This document shows, one piece after another, positions 8,005 through 17,488 of a DNA stretch of 63,696 nucleotides. A model generated the notes under the pieces. That model did not search any database and was not told where the DNA came from. It saw only the letters and a list, made by a program, of their open reading frames with translations. The translations under genes were made by a program, and so were the position numbers. Position 1 is the first letter of the stretch. Every line of letters begins with the position of its first letter. Source of the stretch: an uncultured archaeon (GTDB taxonomy: Archaea > Iainarchaeota > Iainarchaeia > Iainarchaeales > VGJJ01). The DNA lies in NCBI GenBank assembly GCA_964524375.1, contig CAZGES010000001.1:1-63696 (forward strand), in the 5' to 3' direction.

Positions 8005-11001
8005 ATGACCACCACGCCCACGCTCACCCTCACCAAACTTCGAATGAAAAATTTCAAATCATTCAAGAACGCGAGCATTCCATTCGGAAAAGGATTCACC
8101 GCCATTGCGGGAGCAAATGGAAGCGGAAAGAGCAACATCATGGACGCACTCTTGTTTGCGCTGGGAGAAACGAGTTTGAAATCCATCCGCGCCTCACGAT
8201 TAACAGACTTGGTATACTCCGGAGCGCCCGCGGGAGAAAATTACGCCGTGGTCAACTTGACATTACAGGGAGCGCAGCACGCGTATGATATTTCACGCAC
8301 GATTGACAAGCAAGGAAAGTCCGTGTATCGTCTGAATGAGAAGCGAGTAACATTGAGTGAAGTGCAGAACTTGCTGCATGAATTAGGATTGCGCGTGGAC
8401 GGACACAATTTGGTTTCGCAGGGAGATTTGATGAGAATTATTGACATGAACCCCGTGGAAAGAAGGGAAATGATTGACGAAATTGCCGGGTTGCAAGAGT
8501 TTGAAGAAAAGAAAGGGGAAGCGATGAAAGACTTGGACAAAGTGGACCGCAAAATAAAAGATGTGACGATTGTCTTGAACGAACGGATGGCGATTATTGA
8601 ACAATTAGGAAAAGAACGCGATATTGCCACACGATTCAAAAAATTGGAAAAAGAATTGAAGGAAACGAAAGCCACTATTTTGCACACGGAAGCGCGCGAG
8701 TTGAATGCGAAACTGGAAGCCCTTGTCACCAAGCAAGTGGATTTGATTGGGAAGAAAGACGAAGCGCTGACAAAGCAGAAAGACGCTCAACTCATGCTGC
8801 AGGAAATGGAAAAAGAGTTCACGGAATTGGACCAAAAATTATTAGGAGTCAAATCGCAAGCGTACGAAGGATTAGGAAAAAGTGTGGAAGAGCATAAGGG
8901 AGAAATCCGCGTCACGGAAGAACGTATCTCGCATGCGAGCAAACGCATGGAAGAATTACAACGAAACTTGGAAGAAATTTTCCGCGTCATCGCGCATGCA
9001 AACGAGGGAATTGCCAAAACGGAAGCGGACTCCAAAGCGTTGCAGGAAAAGTTTACGGAAATTGAAGGGAAAATTTCCCCCCTGCGAAGCAAGCAGGCGG
9101 AATCATTGAAAAAGAAAGTGGAATTGCTCAACGAATCGCAGAAGGTAGAACAGGATGTTCACGCCGCGCGCGATGCGGTCACTCATACACGAGAGAAAAT
9201 TGCGCACGTGAATGCGAAAATGGAAAGCATTAGGCGTTCACACGAAATGGCGCAGTTAATGCATACGCGTTGGGAGTCTCAACTTGCGCGCATTCGAGAG
9301 GAAATGAGCATGTTGAAGAAGGATGTGGATGAGCTCGCCAAAATAAAGAAAAAATATCCGGATGTGGAGAGTGCGCGCGCGAAAATAACGAAGGAGATGC
9401 ACGCGATTGACCAGCATGTCGCGGAACACCATGGAAAAATTTTTGCACACACGGAAAGTTTGACCCAATTGGGAAAGACGAAGAGCCATTGCCCCGTGTG
9501 CGAGCGCGAGCTGAAAGAAGACCAGAAGAAAACCCTCGCGAAGCAAAAAAATGAAGCCATTGCGGATGCGAAGAAGCATACTGAAAAGTGGGAAGCGGAA
9601 AAGAAGAAACTGCATGAAGAATGGGAGGAATTGCACCACGCGGAAACATTACTCATACGGCTGGCGCGCAGCCAAAGCAAGATGCAGGAAGCTGAACAGC
9701 AGGAAAAAACGATTGTGAGCGAACTCGCGAAGATGCAGAAAAGCGAAAAAGGGGAAAGCAGCGAAGGGTTGCTGAGCGAAAAGCAGCAATTGGAAAAATT
9801 ATTGGTGGAAGAAAAGAAAACACTTGAAACGCTTGAAATGAAGCTCAGCAAACTCCGCGATGCGCTCAACCAAACGACAATGGACCAGACGCTCAACTCG
9901 TTAAACGAGGAAAAATCGCGCACGGAGAGGGAGTTGTTCCACTTCCGCACGCAGAAGAGCGTGCACGAGAATGCGATTGCCAATGCGCACGCGCGCACGA
10001 AGCAAATTAACGAGGAAGAGAAGCACATGAAAGACGTGTTGAAAGTCGAACAGAAGCGCCGCGACGAGCTGGCAAAAGTGTTGAAGAGTGCGGAAGCCGA
10101 ATATGAGAAAGCGATGAGCGCCAATCAAGTATTATTGCAGAAACGCGACCGCGTGCAGCAGAAAATTGTGGTTGAGCGCGAACGCGAGCGCGCGTGGCAG
10201 GAGAAATCATTCCGAATCGAGGGACAAGTTTCAGAAATTAAGATTGAACAGTCGAAGTATGATACGCGCTTGTTGGACGTCAAAGAAGAATTGAAGAATT
10301 TTGAGGGAGTGAAAACGTTTGATTCGCACGACACGATGGAATTGAAGAAACGTGTTCCCGTGATTGAACACGAGATGAGGCAATTGGGAACCGTCAACAT
10401 GAAAGCGCTGGAAGACTTTGGGCAGTATGAGAAGGACGTGTTGGAAATCAAGCAGAAGGCTGATACGTTAGACGTGGAACGATTGGCGGTGCTGGATTTG
10501 ATTAATTCGATTGACTCGAAACGCAATAATGCGTTCATGGAGACGTTTAACACGATTAATGAGAATTTCAACAAGATTTACACGGGGTTCTTTGACGGAA
10601 CGGCGCGACTTGAACTGACGGACCGCGCCAAACCATTGGAATCGGGACTGTTGATTGAAGCCAAACATGGGTTGGAGAAGAGTTTGAAGAACATTGACTC
10701 CATGTCGGGAGGAGAAAAGTCGCTTACTTCATTAGCGTTTATTTTTGCGATACAACTTTTCGAACCGGCACCCTTCTATTTCTTTGATGAAGTGGACGCG
10801 GCGTTGGACATGCATAATTCGCGCAAAATCGGAGCGTTGATTAAGGAGATGAGTAAATCGTCGCAATTCATTTCTATTACGCACAATGATAGTATTGTCA
10901 AAGTCGCCGACCAAATTGTGGGTGTGGCGAAGAGCAGCAGCAACAATTCTTCCGTAATTGGCCTGCGCGCCGCGCCGGAAGTGCAAATTACAACGGACTA
11001 G
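8005..11001 (+). CDS. smc: SMC-family ATPase with central CxxC zinc hook (no recognisable hinge)
   Basis: N-head FKSF..AGANGSGKSNIMDALLFALGE, QGDLMRII..ERREMIDEIAGL. C-head SMSGGEKSLTSLAFIFAIQLFEPAPFYFFDEVDAALD..QFISITHN. Residues ~170-800 are K/E-rich coiled coil. CPVC at aa 496-499 of 998 (nt 9490-9501). Confidence 0.85.
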   Translation: MTTTPTLTLTKLRMKNFKSFKNASIPFGKGFTAIAGANGSGKSNIMDALLFALGETSLKSIRASRLTDLVYSGAPAGENYAVVNLTLQGAQHAYDISRTIDKQGKSVYRLNEKRVTLSEVQNLLHELGLRVDGHNLVSQGDLMRIIDMNPVERREMIDEIAGLQEFEEKKGEAMKDLDKVDRKIKDVTIVLNERMAIIEQLGKERDIATRFKKLEKELKETKATILHTEARELNAKLEALVTKQVDLIGKKDEALTKQKDAQLMLQEMEKEFTELDQKLLGVKSQAYEGLGKSVEEHKGEIRVTEERISHASKRMEELQRNLEEIFRVIAHANEGIAKTEADSKALQEKFTEIEGKISPLRSKQAESLKKKVELLNESQKVEQDVHAARDAVTHTREKIAHVNAKMESIRRSHEMAQLMHTRWESQLARIREEMSMLKKDVDELAKIKKKYPDVESARAKITKEMHAIDQHVAEHHGKIFAHTESLTQLGKTKSHCPVCERELKEDQKKTLAKQKNEAIADAKKHTEKWEAEKKKLHEEWEELHHAETLLIRLARSQSKMQEAEQQEKTIVSELAKMQKSEKGESSEGLLSEKQQLEKLLVEEKKTLETLEMKLSKLRDALNQTTMDQTLNSLNEEKSRTERELFHFRTQKSVHENAIANAHARTKQINEEEKHMKDVLKVEQKRRDELAKVLKSAEAEYEKAMSANQVLLQKRDRVQQKIVVERERERAWQEKSFRIEGQVSEIKIEQSKYDTRLLDVKEELKNFEGVKTFDSHDTMELKKRVPVIEHEMRQLGTVNMKALEDFGQYEKDVLEIKQKADTLDVERLAVLDLINSIDSKRNNAFMETFNTINENFNKIYTGFFDGTARLELTDRAKPLESGLLIEAKHGLEKSLKNIDSMSGGEKSLTSLAFIFAIQLFEPAPFYFFDEVDAALDMHNSRKIGALIKEMSKSSQFISITHNDSIVKVADQIVGVAKSSSNNSSVIGLRAAPEVQITTD

Positions 11002-11025
11002 TTTGAATCAATAAGTAAAATAATT

Positions 11026-11736
11026 TTACGCCTTGAGGCGGTTCAAATTATTCATATCGTCCTCTAAACCCGTGTCGCGTTTTCCGGATCTGTTTTTTCC
11101 AAGGAGGTGGCCTTCCATTTCTGCCTTGTGCGTGCGCCACTCTTTTTCTAAATCATCCTCGTCCAATTCATTTGCATGCGTATTCGTGTTTTTTTTCGTT
11201 GAGCGTGCGGGAGCCGTGTTCTTTTTTCCAACTGAGGTTTTTTCATCGCTCGATTTTTTCCACAACTCGCGAAAACGACCATTGTAAAACGTGTGGCGGT
11301 TGAAGAGCATCCATGCGACTAAAACAAGGAATTGGACGCTGTACGCGATTCCCTCATACGGTTGTTCGCCGGGAGCGAGGCAGCACGTGGAGAAAATAGC
11401 CTTAGCATCCCCAAAATGAAAACGCAATTGCACGGGGTGGTTGATGAGGAGGACGTGAACAAACTCGTGCGCCAACCCCGAAATGAGCAATCCTGCGAGC
11501 GAGACGTTGATGAAGGTGCGGTATGAAAACTTTGAATTTTCTCCGGAAAGAATTTTAGAAAGGAGAAAACCCATCGTGACTAAGAGGAAGAGGAAAATGA
11601 GGTAAATGAAGGGAGACTGGGACACTTCCCCCGAGGATGAAGGGGTGTCATTGACGGTCGCAACGTAAAGGCCTAACGTAATGGCAACCACCATAGCGGC
11701 AACTAGAATGGAAAAGGCTATGGAGCGGTGGTTCAT
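11026..11736 (-). CDS. membrane protein with HExxH zinc-metalloprotease motif
   Basis: Four or more TM helices, GLAHEFVHVLL motif in a helix, charged C-terminal tail. Confidence 0.55.
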   Translation of the reverse strand: MNHRSIAFSILVAAMVVAITLGLYVATVNDTPSSSGEVSQSPFIYLIFLFLLVTMGFLLSKILSGENSKFSYRTFINVSLAGLLISGLAHEFVHVLLINHPVQLRFHFGDAKAIFSTCCLAPGEQPYEGIAYSVQFLVLVAWMLFNRHTFYNGRFRELWKKSSDEKTSVGKKNTAPARSTKKNTNTHANELDEDDLEKEWRTHKAEMEGHLLGKNRSGKRDTGLEDDMNNLNRLKA

Positions 11737-11805
11737 GGGAGAAGGAATTTTTTGCCGAATATAAACACATTATTTGCTGCGGAAGTCTGGTTGGCACACC
11801 CTTAA

Positions 11806-13287
11806 ATGGCGGTTTTGCGTGGTAGGCGTATGGGCGGAAGTATGCAGGAAATGAACACCCTCGTCACGCAAGAGGAGCGAGGAGAGGCCGTGAAAGGGCT
11901 TTTTGATCGCATCAAAGGGTGCGCCGAGCGTTTGCGTGTGCTGGACAAAGCAGTCGTGGTCACCCACCATGACTGTGACGGACTGACGAGCGGAAGCATT
12001 GTGGTGCGTGCCCTCCAGCGGGAAGAAATTGACGTGAGCACGGTTACATTGAAACAATTGTATTCGGAAGACGTTCAACGGCTGAAAAACATGCACGCGT
12101 CCATCATTTTCACAGATTTTGGTTCGAGTTACATTCCTCTGTTGAAAACGGAGTTGGAGAAAGAATTTTTTGTGATTGACCACCATCAGCGCGGCGCAGG
12201 AGAACACGAAGGGCACATGAATCCCATGGAATTTGGATTAGATGGGGGAACGGAAATTTCGAGCGCGGGAATCGCCTATTATTTAGGAAAAGAAATTTCG
12301 TCGAAAAATCAAGACATGGCGGCGATTGGTGTTGTGGGTGCGGTAGGGGACATGCAGGACTCTCGCTCGAATGGGCTCATTGGACTCAACAAACAGATGG
12401 TTCAAGAGGGAGTGGATGCGGGCGTGTTAAATGTGAAAACGGATTTGCGATTGTATGGGCGAATTTCGCGGCCGCTGGTGCAATATCTTACATTCTCCAC
12501 TTCTCCTATATTGCCCGGGCTCACGGCAAACAAGGAGCAGTGCATCAAATTTTTGGAAAACTTGGACATCCCTTTGCAGGATGAAAGCGGAAAGTGGCGC
12601 GCGTACGAAGATTTGAATGCAAACGAGAAAAAAATTCTTTCCACGGCCATATTAATGCACTTGCACGAGCACAACACTCCCGAATGGAAATTAAATGAAT
12701 TGATTGGGGATGTGTACACGCTCACGAAAGAAAATCCCTATTCTCCGCTGCGCGATGCGAAGGAATTCTCCACCGTATTAAACGCGTGCGGCCGCAACGG
12801 ACAATCCACCATCGGTTTTCACGTGTGTTTGGGCGACCGAGAAGACCAATATGCGCGCGCGATGGGTTTGCTGCAAGAACACCGCCGAAATTTGGCGGAA
12901 GGAATTCAACTGATGCAAAACGAAGGATTGAAAGAATACAAACACTTTTATTTTTTTGACGCGGAAAGCAAAATCAAGGATTCGATTGTTGGAATTGTTG
13001 CGGGAATGTTATACGGAAGCGGGGGCGTGAACACCGACAAACCCATTGTGGCGTTTTCGAGACATGAGGATGGGAGTATTAAAGTGAGTGCGCGCGCGAC
13101 GAGTGAACTCGTGAGAAACGGAGTGAATTTAGGGTTAGCGCTGCGTGAAACGTGCCAATCATTAGGAGGAACGGCCGAGGGAGGAGGGCATCGCATCGCG
13201 GCGGGATGCCGGTTGGAACTCGACCAAGCTAGTGCATTCCTTCCCTTATTTGACGAGAAAATAGGAATCCAGATGCACGCGCGCTAG
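11806..13287 (+). CDS. DHH/DHHA1 phosphoesterase, archaeal RecJ/GAN(Cdc45)-like nuclease
   Basis: DHH motifs VVVTHHDCDGLTSG, FTDFG, FFVIDHHQ and the DHHA1 motif GGGHRIAAG. Start uncertain (ATG at 11806 or 11830). Confidence 0.8.
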   Translation: MAVLRGRRMGGSMQEMNTLVTQEERGEAVKGLFDRIKGCAERLRVLDKAVVVTHHDCDGLTSGSIVVRALQREEIDVSTVTLKQLYSEDVQRLKNMHASIIFTDFGSSYIPLLKTELEKEFFVIDHHQRGAGEHEGHMNPMEFGLDGGTEISSAGIAYYLGKEISSKNQDMAAIGVVGAVGDMQDSRSNGLIGLNKQMVQEGVDAGVLNVKTDLRLYGRISRPLVQYLTFSTSPILPGLTANKEQCIKFLENLDIPLQDESGKWRAYEDLNANEKKILSTAILMHLHEHNTPEWKLNELIGDVYTLTKENPYSPLRDAKEFSTVLNACGRNGQSTIGFHVCLGDREDQYARAMGLLQEHRRNLAEGIQLMQNEGLKEYKHFYFFDAESKIKDSIVGIVAGMLYGSGGVNTDKPIVAFSRHEDGSIKVSARATSELVRNGVNLGLALRETCQSLGGTAEGGGHRIAAGCRLELDQASAFLPLFDEKIGIQMHAR

Positions 13288-13365
13288 GTGTTTTAGTGCT
13301 TGCCCACAGACAAGCGTTCCTGCGTAAATGAGAGAATTTATATTGGTGAAAAAGGATAGTGCGTC

Positions 13366-13887
13366 ATGAAGAAATTTTTCCTCGTCGCGTTTTTGGCACT
13401 ATTATTTTCCGCGGGGGCGCACGCTCAACCATTTGATGCGAGCACATTCTTGGACACTTCCTTCAATGAGGACGGCACCCTCAAGAGTGAGTTGCAGTCC
13501 CAACTCTCCTTCGCCTCTCAACAATTTCAAGAACTCCCCGGCCCCGTAAAAGCTATTTTTGGAAACCAGCGCGTGGCGGTGGACTTTACACGCGCGGATG
13601 GAACGGTGGAACATTTGGGAGTGGTGCTCACGAATAATATGGTTACTTCCTTCACACGTTTTCCTCCGGCTAATCCAACGATGACGGTGCAAACGGACGA
13701 AAGCACCGCACTCGACATTGCTTCGAGCGGAAATATTTCGGAAGGATTTATTCAAGCAGTGAATTCGGGGAATCTCTCCTACACCGCTGTAGAGGGCGGC
13801 GGGGGAGAATTTGCGGTTTTCGTGGCGAACATCATGGTGTGGGTTACTACTATCATCAATGCGTTTGCGCACGCGTTAGGGCTGTAA
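13366..13887 (+). CDS. secreted/anchored hypothetical protein
   Basis: Signal peptide MKKFFLVAFLALLFSAGAHAQ and a C-terminal hydrophobic helix FAVFVANIMVWVTTIINAFA. Confidence 0.5.
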   Translation: MKKFFLVAFLALLFSAGAHAQPFDASTFLDTSFNEDGTLKSELQSQLSFASQQFQELPGPVKAIFGNQRVAVDFTRADGTVEHLGVVLTNNMVTSFTRFPPANPTMTVQTDESTALDIASSGNISEGFIQAVNSGNLSYTAVEGGGGEFAVFVANIMVWVTTIINAFAHALGL

Positions 13888-13907
13888 AATTTTTTGATGG
13901 TCGCGCG

Positions 13908-14810
13908 TTAAACCGTGTGCGTGGCAAACGCCACCCAGCCGCGCGCGCGGAAAGGCTCGATGATCTGTGAACTTATTTTAGGCGAATCGCAAACGCAAAC
14001 GATAGTGGGTCCGGAGCCGGCGAGCATGACTTGTTTGACGTTTGGCATTTGTTTCAACCCTTCAACGAGTGCAAACGGAACGGAATACTCGGGCATGGTT
14101 AGCGTGTCAAAAACGTTTCCCATTTCTGAAACGACTTTGTCCACATTTTTTTCACGAATCGCGGCGCGCATTCGCATAATAGATGGGTGATTTTCCACGT
14201 TGTTCACGTCAAAGTTTGAATAAATCCATTTTGTTTTTTGTTCAGGAACTTTAACAGGTGGAACAATGAAAGCCAATTCTAAGCGCGGGCATTTTTCAAT
14301 GGGTTCGATTATTTCCCCTCGGCCGCGGGCAATAGCAGTCCCCCCGCGGATGAAAAACGCATCATCGGAACCAATTTTTCCGGCTAATTCCACAAGCGTG
14401 TCTGAAGAAAGATTGAGGTTCCACAATTTATTCAATCCTTTCAACGCGGAAGCGGCGTTGGAGCTTCCCCCGCCTAAACCACCCGCGGAGGGAATTTTTT
14501 TCTCGATGTGAATTTTCACTCCTTGAATGGGTTTGTTTTGTTTTTGCAATTCTTCCTGCATGAGCTTGGCGGCTTTGTGACAACTATTTTTTTCATTTAA
14601 GGGCACGTTCACGTCGGTGCACGACAAAATAATTTCGGTGCTCGTTGAAAGTGTTTCAAGCGTAAGAATATCATGGAGCTCAAGTTCCTGCATGACGATT
14701 TCAATCTCATGATATCCATCTTCGCGCTTGCGGAGGATATCTAAAACAAGGTTTACTTTCGCGGGAGAAGAAATGGTAATGGGCGTGGGCATGGGAATTC
14801 CCAACTGCAT
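13908..14810 (-). CDS. ispE: 4-diphosphocytidyl-2-C-methyl-D-erythritol kinase
   Basis: PAKVNLVLDILRKREDGYHEIEIVMQ and the GHMP motif IPSAGGLGGGSSNAAS. The ATG overlaps the ispH stop (TAATG). Confidence 0.85.
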   Translation of the reverse strand: MQLGIPMPTPITISSPAKVNLVLDILRKREDGYHEIEIVMQELELHDILTLETLSTSTEIILSCTDVNVPLNEKNSCHKAAKLMQEELQKQNKPIQGVKIHIEKKIPSAGGLGGGSSNAASALKGLNKLWNLNLSSDTLVELAGKIGSDDAFFIRGGTAIARGRGEIIEPIEKCPRLELAFIVPPVKVPEQKTKWIYSNFDVNNVENHPSIMRMRAAIREKNVDKVVSEMGNVFDTLTMPEYSVPFALVEGLKQMPNVKQVMLAGSGPTIVCVCDSPKISSQIIEPFRARGWVAFATHTV

Positions 14811-15823
14811 TAGTGAACCACGTACGCGGGGCGGATGATTTCACTTTCGGCTTTGTTATGGTCTTTGTCGTATTTTTGAATCCACGAAATCACGTCTTCA
14901 ATATCCTCATCGGGCGTGCTCGCGCCGGCGCCGATTCCCACGTGAGCGATGTTCGTAAACCATTCAGGTTTCAATTCCGCGGCGGATTCAATCCAGTGGG
15001 TCGTGGTTTGCTGTGCGCACAATTCAGCTTGGCGTTTGGTGTTTCCGCTGTTTCGTCCGCCGATGACAAGCATTAAAGGAACTTGCGTGGAGAGGGTGAC
15101 TGCGCCGGGCTGCATTTCGTGCATGGCGTTGCAAATGGTGTTATACACGCGCACTTCGCGGGCTTTACCCATGACGGCCATTGCCACCGCTTGAACATTG
15201 TCATTTGATTGCGTTGTCTGCGAAACGATTCCGATTTTGGTGAGTACGGGATAGTGCAATTTTTCCACAATTTCCGCATCGGATTTGGCTTTCATGAGTT
15301 CATCATTCGTATAATATTGCGTTTTGCGCGGAAAGAGTTTGCTCGCCTCTTCAGCGTTTTCTACTACAATGGCATTGGGAGCGTAACTCTTGATGCCATC
15401 CACTTCCGGGTGGCCGTGCTCTCCGACAATAATGACCTGGTATTTTTCATCGAATAATACTTTCGCGGTCTTGTGCACCATCGTGACAAAGGGACACGTG
15501 GTATCGACAATGTTCAAATTTTTTTCTTTGGCTTTGGCGATGGCTTGCACGGTTACCCCGTGTGCGCGCATGAGAACGGTTGAATTATCGGGGATTTCTT
15601 CCATCTTGTTCAAATGGGAAAAACGTGAAATCTTGGACGCGGCGTAGGGATTGTCTTCCACGAGCTTTCCGCCGTGTTCGATGATTTTTTGTACGACGCG
15701 TTGGTTGTGCACGGGCATCCCATACAAGTAGGCGTCTCCCTTGTCGAGGGTCTCGTGAGCAATTTTGACACTGCGTTTGACCCCAAAACAAAAACCAGCG
15801 GCGCGGGCGATTTCAATCTTCAT
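14810..15823 (-). CDS. ispH: 4-hydroxy-3-methylbut-2-enyl diphosphate reductase
   Basis: Three cluster cysteines in conserved contexts: AAGFCFGVKR, DTTCPFVTMVH, VYNTICNAMHE. Confidence 0.85.
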   Translation of the reverse strand: MKIEIARAAGFCFGVKRSVKIAHETLDKGDAYLYGMPVHNQRVVQKIIEHGGKLVEDNPYAASKISRFSHLNKMEEIPDNSTVLMRAHGVTVQAIAKAKEKNLNIVDTTCPFVTMVHKTAKVLFDEKYQVIIVGEHGHPEVDGIKSYAPNAIVVENAEEASKLFPRKTQYYTNDELMKAKSDAEIVEKLHYPVLTKIGIVSQTTQSNDNVQAVAMAVMGKAREVRVYNTICNAMHEMQPGAVTLSTQVPLMLVIGGRNSGNTKRQAELCAQQTTTHWIESAAELKPEWFTNIAHVGIGAGASTPDEDIEDVISWIQKYDKDHNKAESEIIRPAYVVH

Positions 15824-15884
15824 TACTTCAAAATGGCCGGTTTTGCATAAAAAGCCATCGTTAAATTCGTACGATTGTCAAACT

Positions 15885-15897
15885 ATTTTACGTCAAT
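15885..15897. promoter_or_regulatory. ATTTTACGTCAAT motif in the ispH/dxr divergent region
   Basis: Identical 13-mer in reverse complement at 21403-21415 upstream of ispG. The core TACGTCAA also occurs at 19449-19456 and 24894-24901. Confidence 0.45.
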
Positions 15898-15966
15898 TGG
15901 GGAAACCTTGGTGGTTGCGGTCGAAATGAGGCTTTAATGGGGTGTTTGATGGGTGCGGGGGCGCGG

Positions 15967-15974
15967 ATATATAA
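15967..15974 (+). promoter_or_regulatory. TATA box (ATATATAA) for dxr
   Basis: Centred ~27 nt upstream of the ATG at 15998. Confidence 0.55.
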
Positions 15975-15997
15975 CTCCTATTTGCGATGGTGTGCGT

Positions 15998-17182
15998 ATG
16001 GAGCACCAGCGAATTGGATTGTTAGGCAGCACGGGAAGCATTGGGACGCAAACCCTGAATGTGGTAGACCAGCACCCGGGAAAATTTTCCATTAAGGTTC
16101 TTACCGCGAATGGGAGCGTAGAGACCATTTCCGCGCAGATGGAAAAGTATCATCCGGAGGCCGTTTGTTTAGTGGACGAGTCTAAAGCGGACGAATTGAA
16201 GAAAAAAACCAAGGGAAACGTGCACGTTCTTTCAGGATATGCTGGTTTGAACGAGGCCGCGCGCTGGGAGAGTGTGGACACGGTCGTTCAAGCATTAGTG
16301 GGAAACGTGGGAATGAAACCCACGATTGAAGCCATTCACGCGGGGAAAAAAATTGCGCTGGCGAATAAAGAAACACTCGTGAGCGCGGGCGCAGTAGTCA
16401 TGCCGCTCGTGAAAAAACATCATATTGATTTGACGCCCATTGACTCGGAACACTCGGCTATTTTTCAATGCTTGAAAGGAGAAAACGTGAAAGAAGTCAC
16501 ACGGCTCATCATCACGTGTTCAGGCGGCCCCTTCCGTGGAAAAAAAATTAATCAATTGCAGGGAGTGACTAAAGAACAGGCCCTTAACCACCCCACCTGG
16601 AAAATGGGCGGGAAAATTACGATTGACTCTGCAACGTTAATGAACAAAGGGTTTGAAGTCAATGAGGCGATGTGGCTGTATGATATTCCTGCGGAAAAAA
16701 TTGACGTGGTGGTGCACCCTCAGAGTATTATTCACTCCATGGTCGAGTTTGTGGACCGGAGCATTATGGCGCAGGTCGGACATCATGACATGCGCATTCC
16801 CATTCTGTATGCGTTAACGCACCCTGAACGCTTGTCGCTCGATTTACCGGCGTTTGATTTTGTTAAACTCAACCAAATGACATTTGAACAGCCGGATGTG
16901 GAAACGTTTGCGTGCCTGCAAATGGGATTAGACGCGGCGCGGGAAAAAGGAACCGTGTGCTGCGTGTTGAACGCGGCGAATGACACGAGTGTTGAGTCCT
17001 TTTTGCGCGGCGAAATAGAATTTTTGGACATTCAACGTACGATTCATGAGGTGGTGTCGAAGCATCACAACATGAAGCACCCCACACTCGAAGACGTGCT
17101 TGCCGCGGATGCATGGGCGAGGAAAGAAACCGAAAAAGCGCTGCACGCGAAAAAAGAAAATGTTCGCGTGAAGGCCGTGTGA
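15998..17182 (+). CDS. dxr: 1-deoxy-D-xylulose 5-phosphate reductoisomerase
   Basis: IGLLGSTGSIGTQTLNVV NADPH motif, LANKETLV, DSEHSAIFQC, NHPTWKMG. ATG at 15998 preferred on TATA spacing. Confidence 0.9.
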   Translation: MEHQRIGLLGSTGSIGTQTLNVVDQHPGKFSIKVLTANGSVETISAQMEKYHPEAVCLVDESKADELKKKTKGNVHVLSGYAGLNEAARWESVDTVVQALVGNVGMKPTIEAIHAGKKIALANKETLVSAGAVVMPLVKKHHIDLTPIDSEHSAIFQCLKGENVKEVTRLIITCSGGPFRGKKINQLQGVTKEQALNHPTWKMGGKITIDSATLMNKGFEVNEAMWLYDIPAEKIDVVVHPQSIIHSMVEFVDRSIMAQVGHHDMRIPILYALTHPERLSLDLPAFDFVKLNQMTFEQPDVETFACLQMGLDAAREKGTVCCVLNAANDTSVESFLRGEIEFLDIQRTIHEVVSKHHNMKHPTLEDVLAADAWARKETEKALHAKKENVRVKAV

Positions 17183-17194
17183 GGGAATTGCACC

Positions 17195-17488
17195 ATGCCT
17201 CCCATCAAAAAAGGAACGTTCAAGAAATCGACTCACAAACCATTTATTTTAGTGAAACCCCGACGAAAAAAAATTCCATTACCGAATAGGCGCACATTGA
17301 CGCGGGATGAATACCACGCTAATGCGTGGGTGAATGAAAATTTTCGTGCCGTTAAACTTCCCAATGGGAGAAATCATTGGATGGCGGTTAAGGAATACAA
17401 AAAGTTTGCCGCCCGCGCACGCGCATTAGGCATTACAGTGGGAGAACTTCTTCTTCGACACCATCGCGAAGCGGGGTTTGAGAAATGA
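17195..17488 (+). CDS. basic 97-aa hypothetical protein embedded in the MEP operon
   Basis: Starts 12 nt after the dxr stop, and its stop overlaps the ispD start (ATGA). K/R-rich N-terminus and a helical C-terminus ARARALGITVGELLLRHH. Confidence 0.5.
   Translation: MPPIKKGTFKKSTHKPFILVKPRRKKIPLPNRRTLTRDEYHANAWVNENFRAVKLPNGRNHWMAVKEYKKFAARARALGITVGELLLRHHREAGFEK

Noticed and set aside
9279-10124. 281-aa antisense ORF, plus other antisense ORFs, inside the SMC gene
   Set aside because: Ser/Phe/Cys-rich low complexity that mirrors the K/E-rich coiled-coil codons. The sense strand has clear SMC motifs.
8005-11001. Calling this gene a plain Rad50
   Set aside because: Head motifs (SNIMDALLFALGE, ERREMIDEIAGL, FFDEVDAALD, QFISITHN) are SMC-like, and no mre11 is adjacent. 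It remains the main alternative and needs phylogeny.
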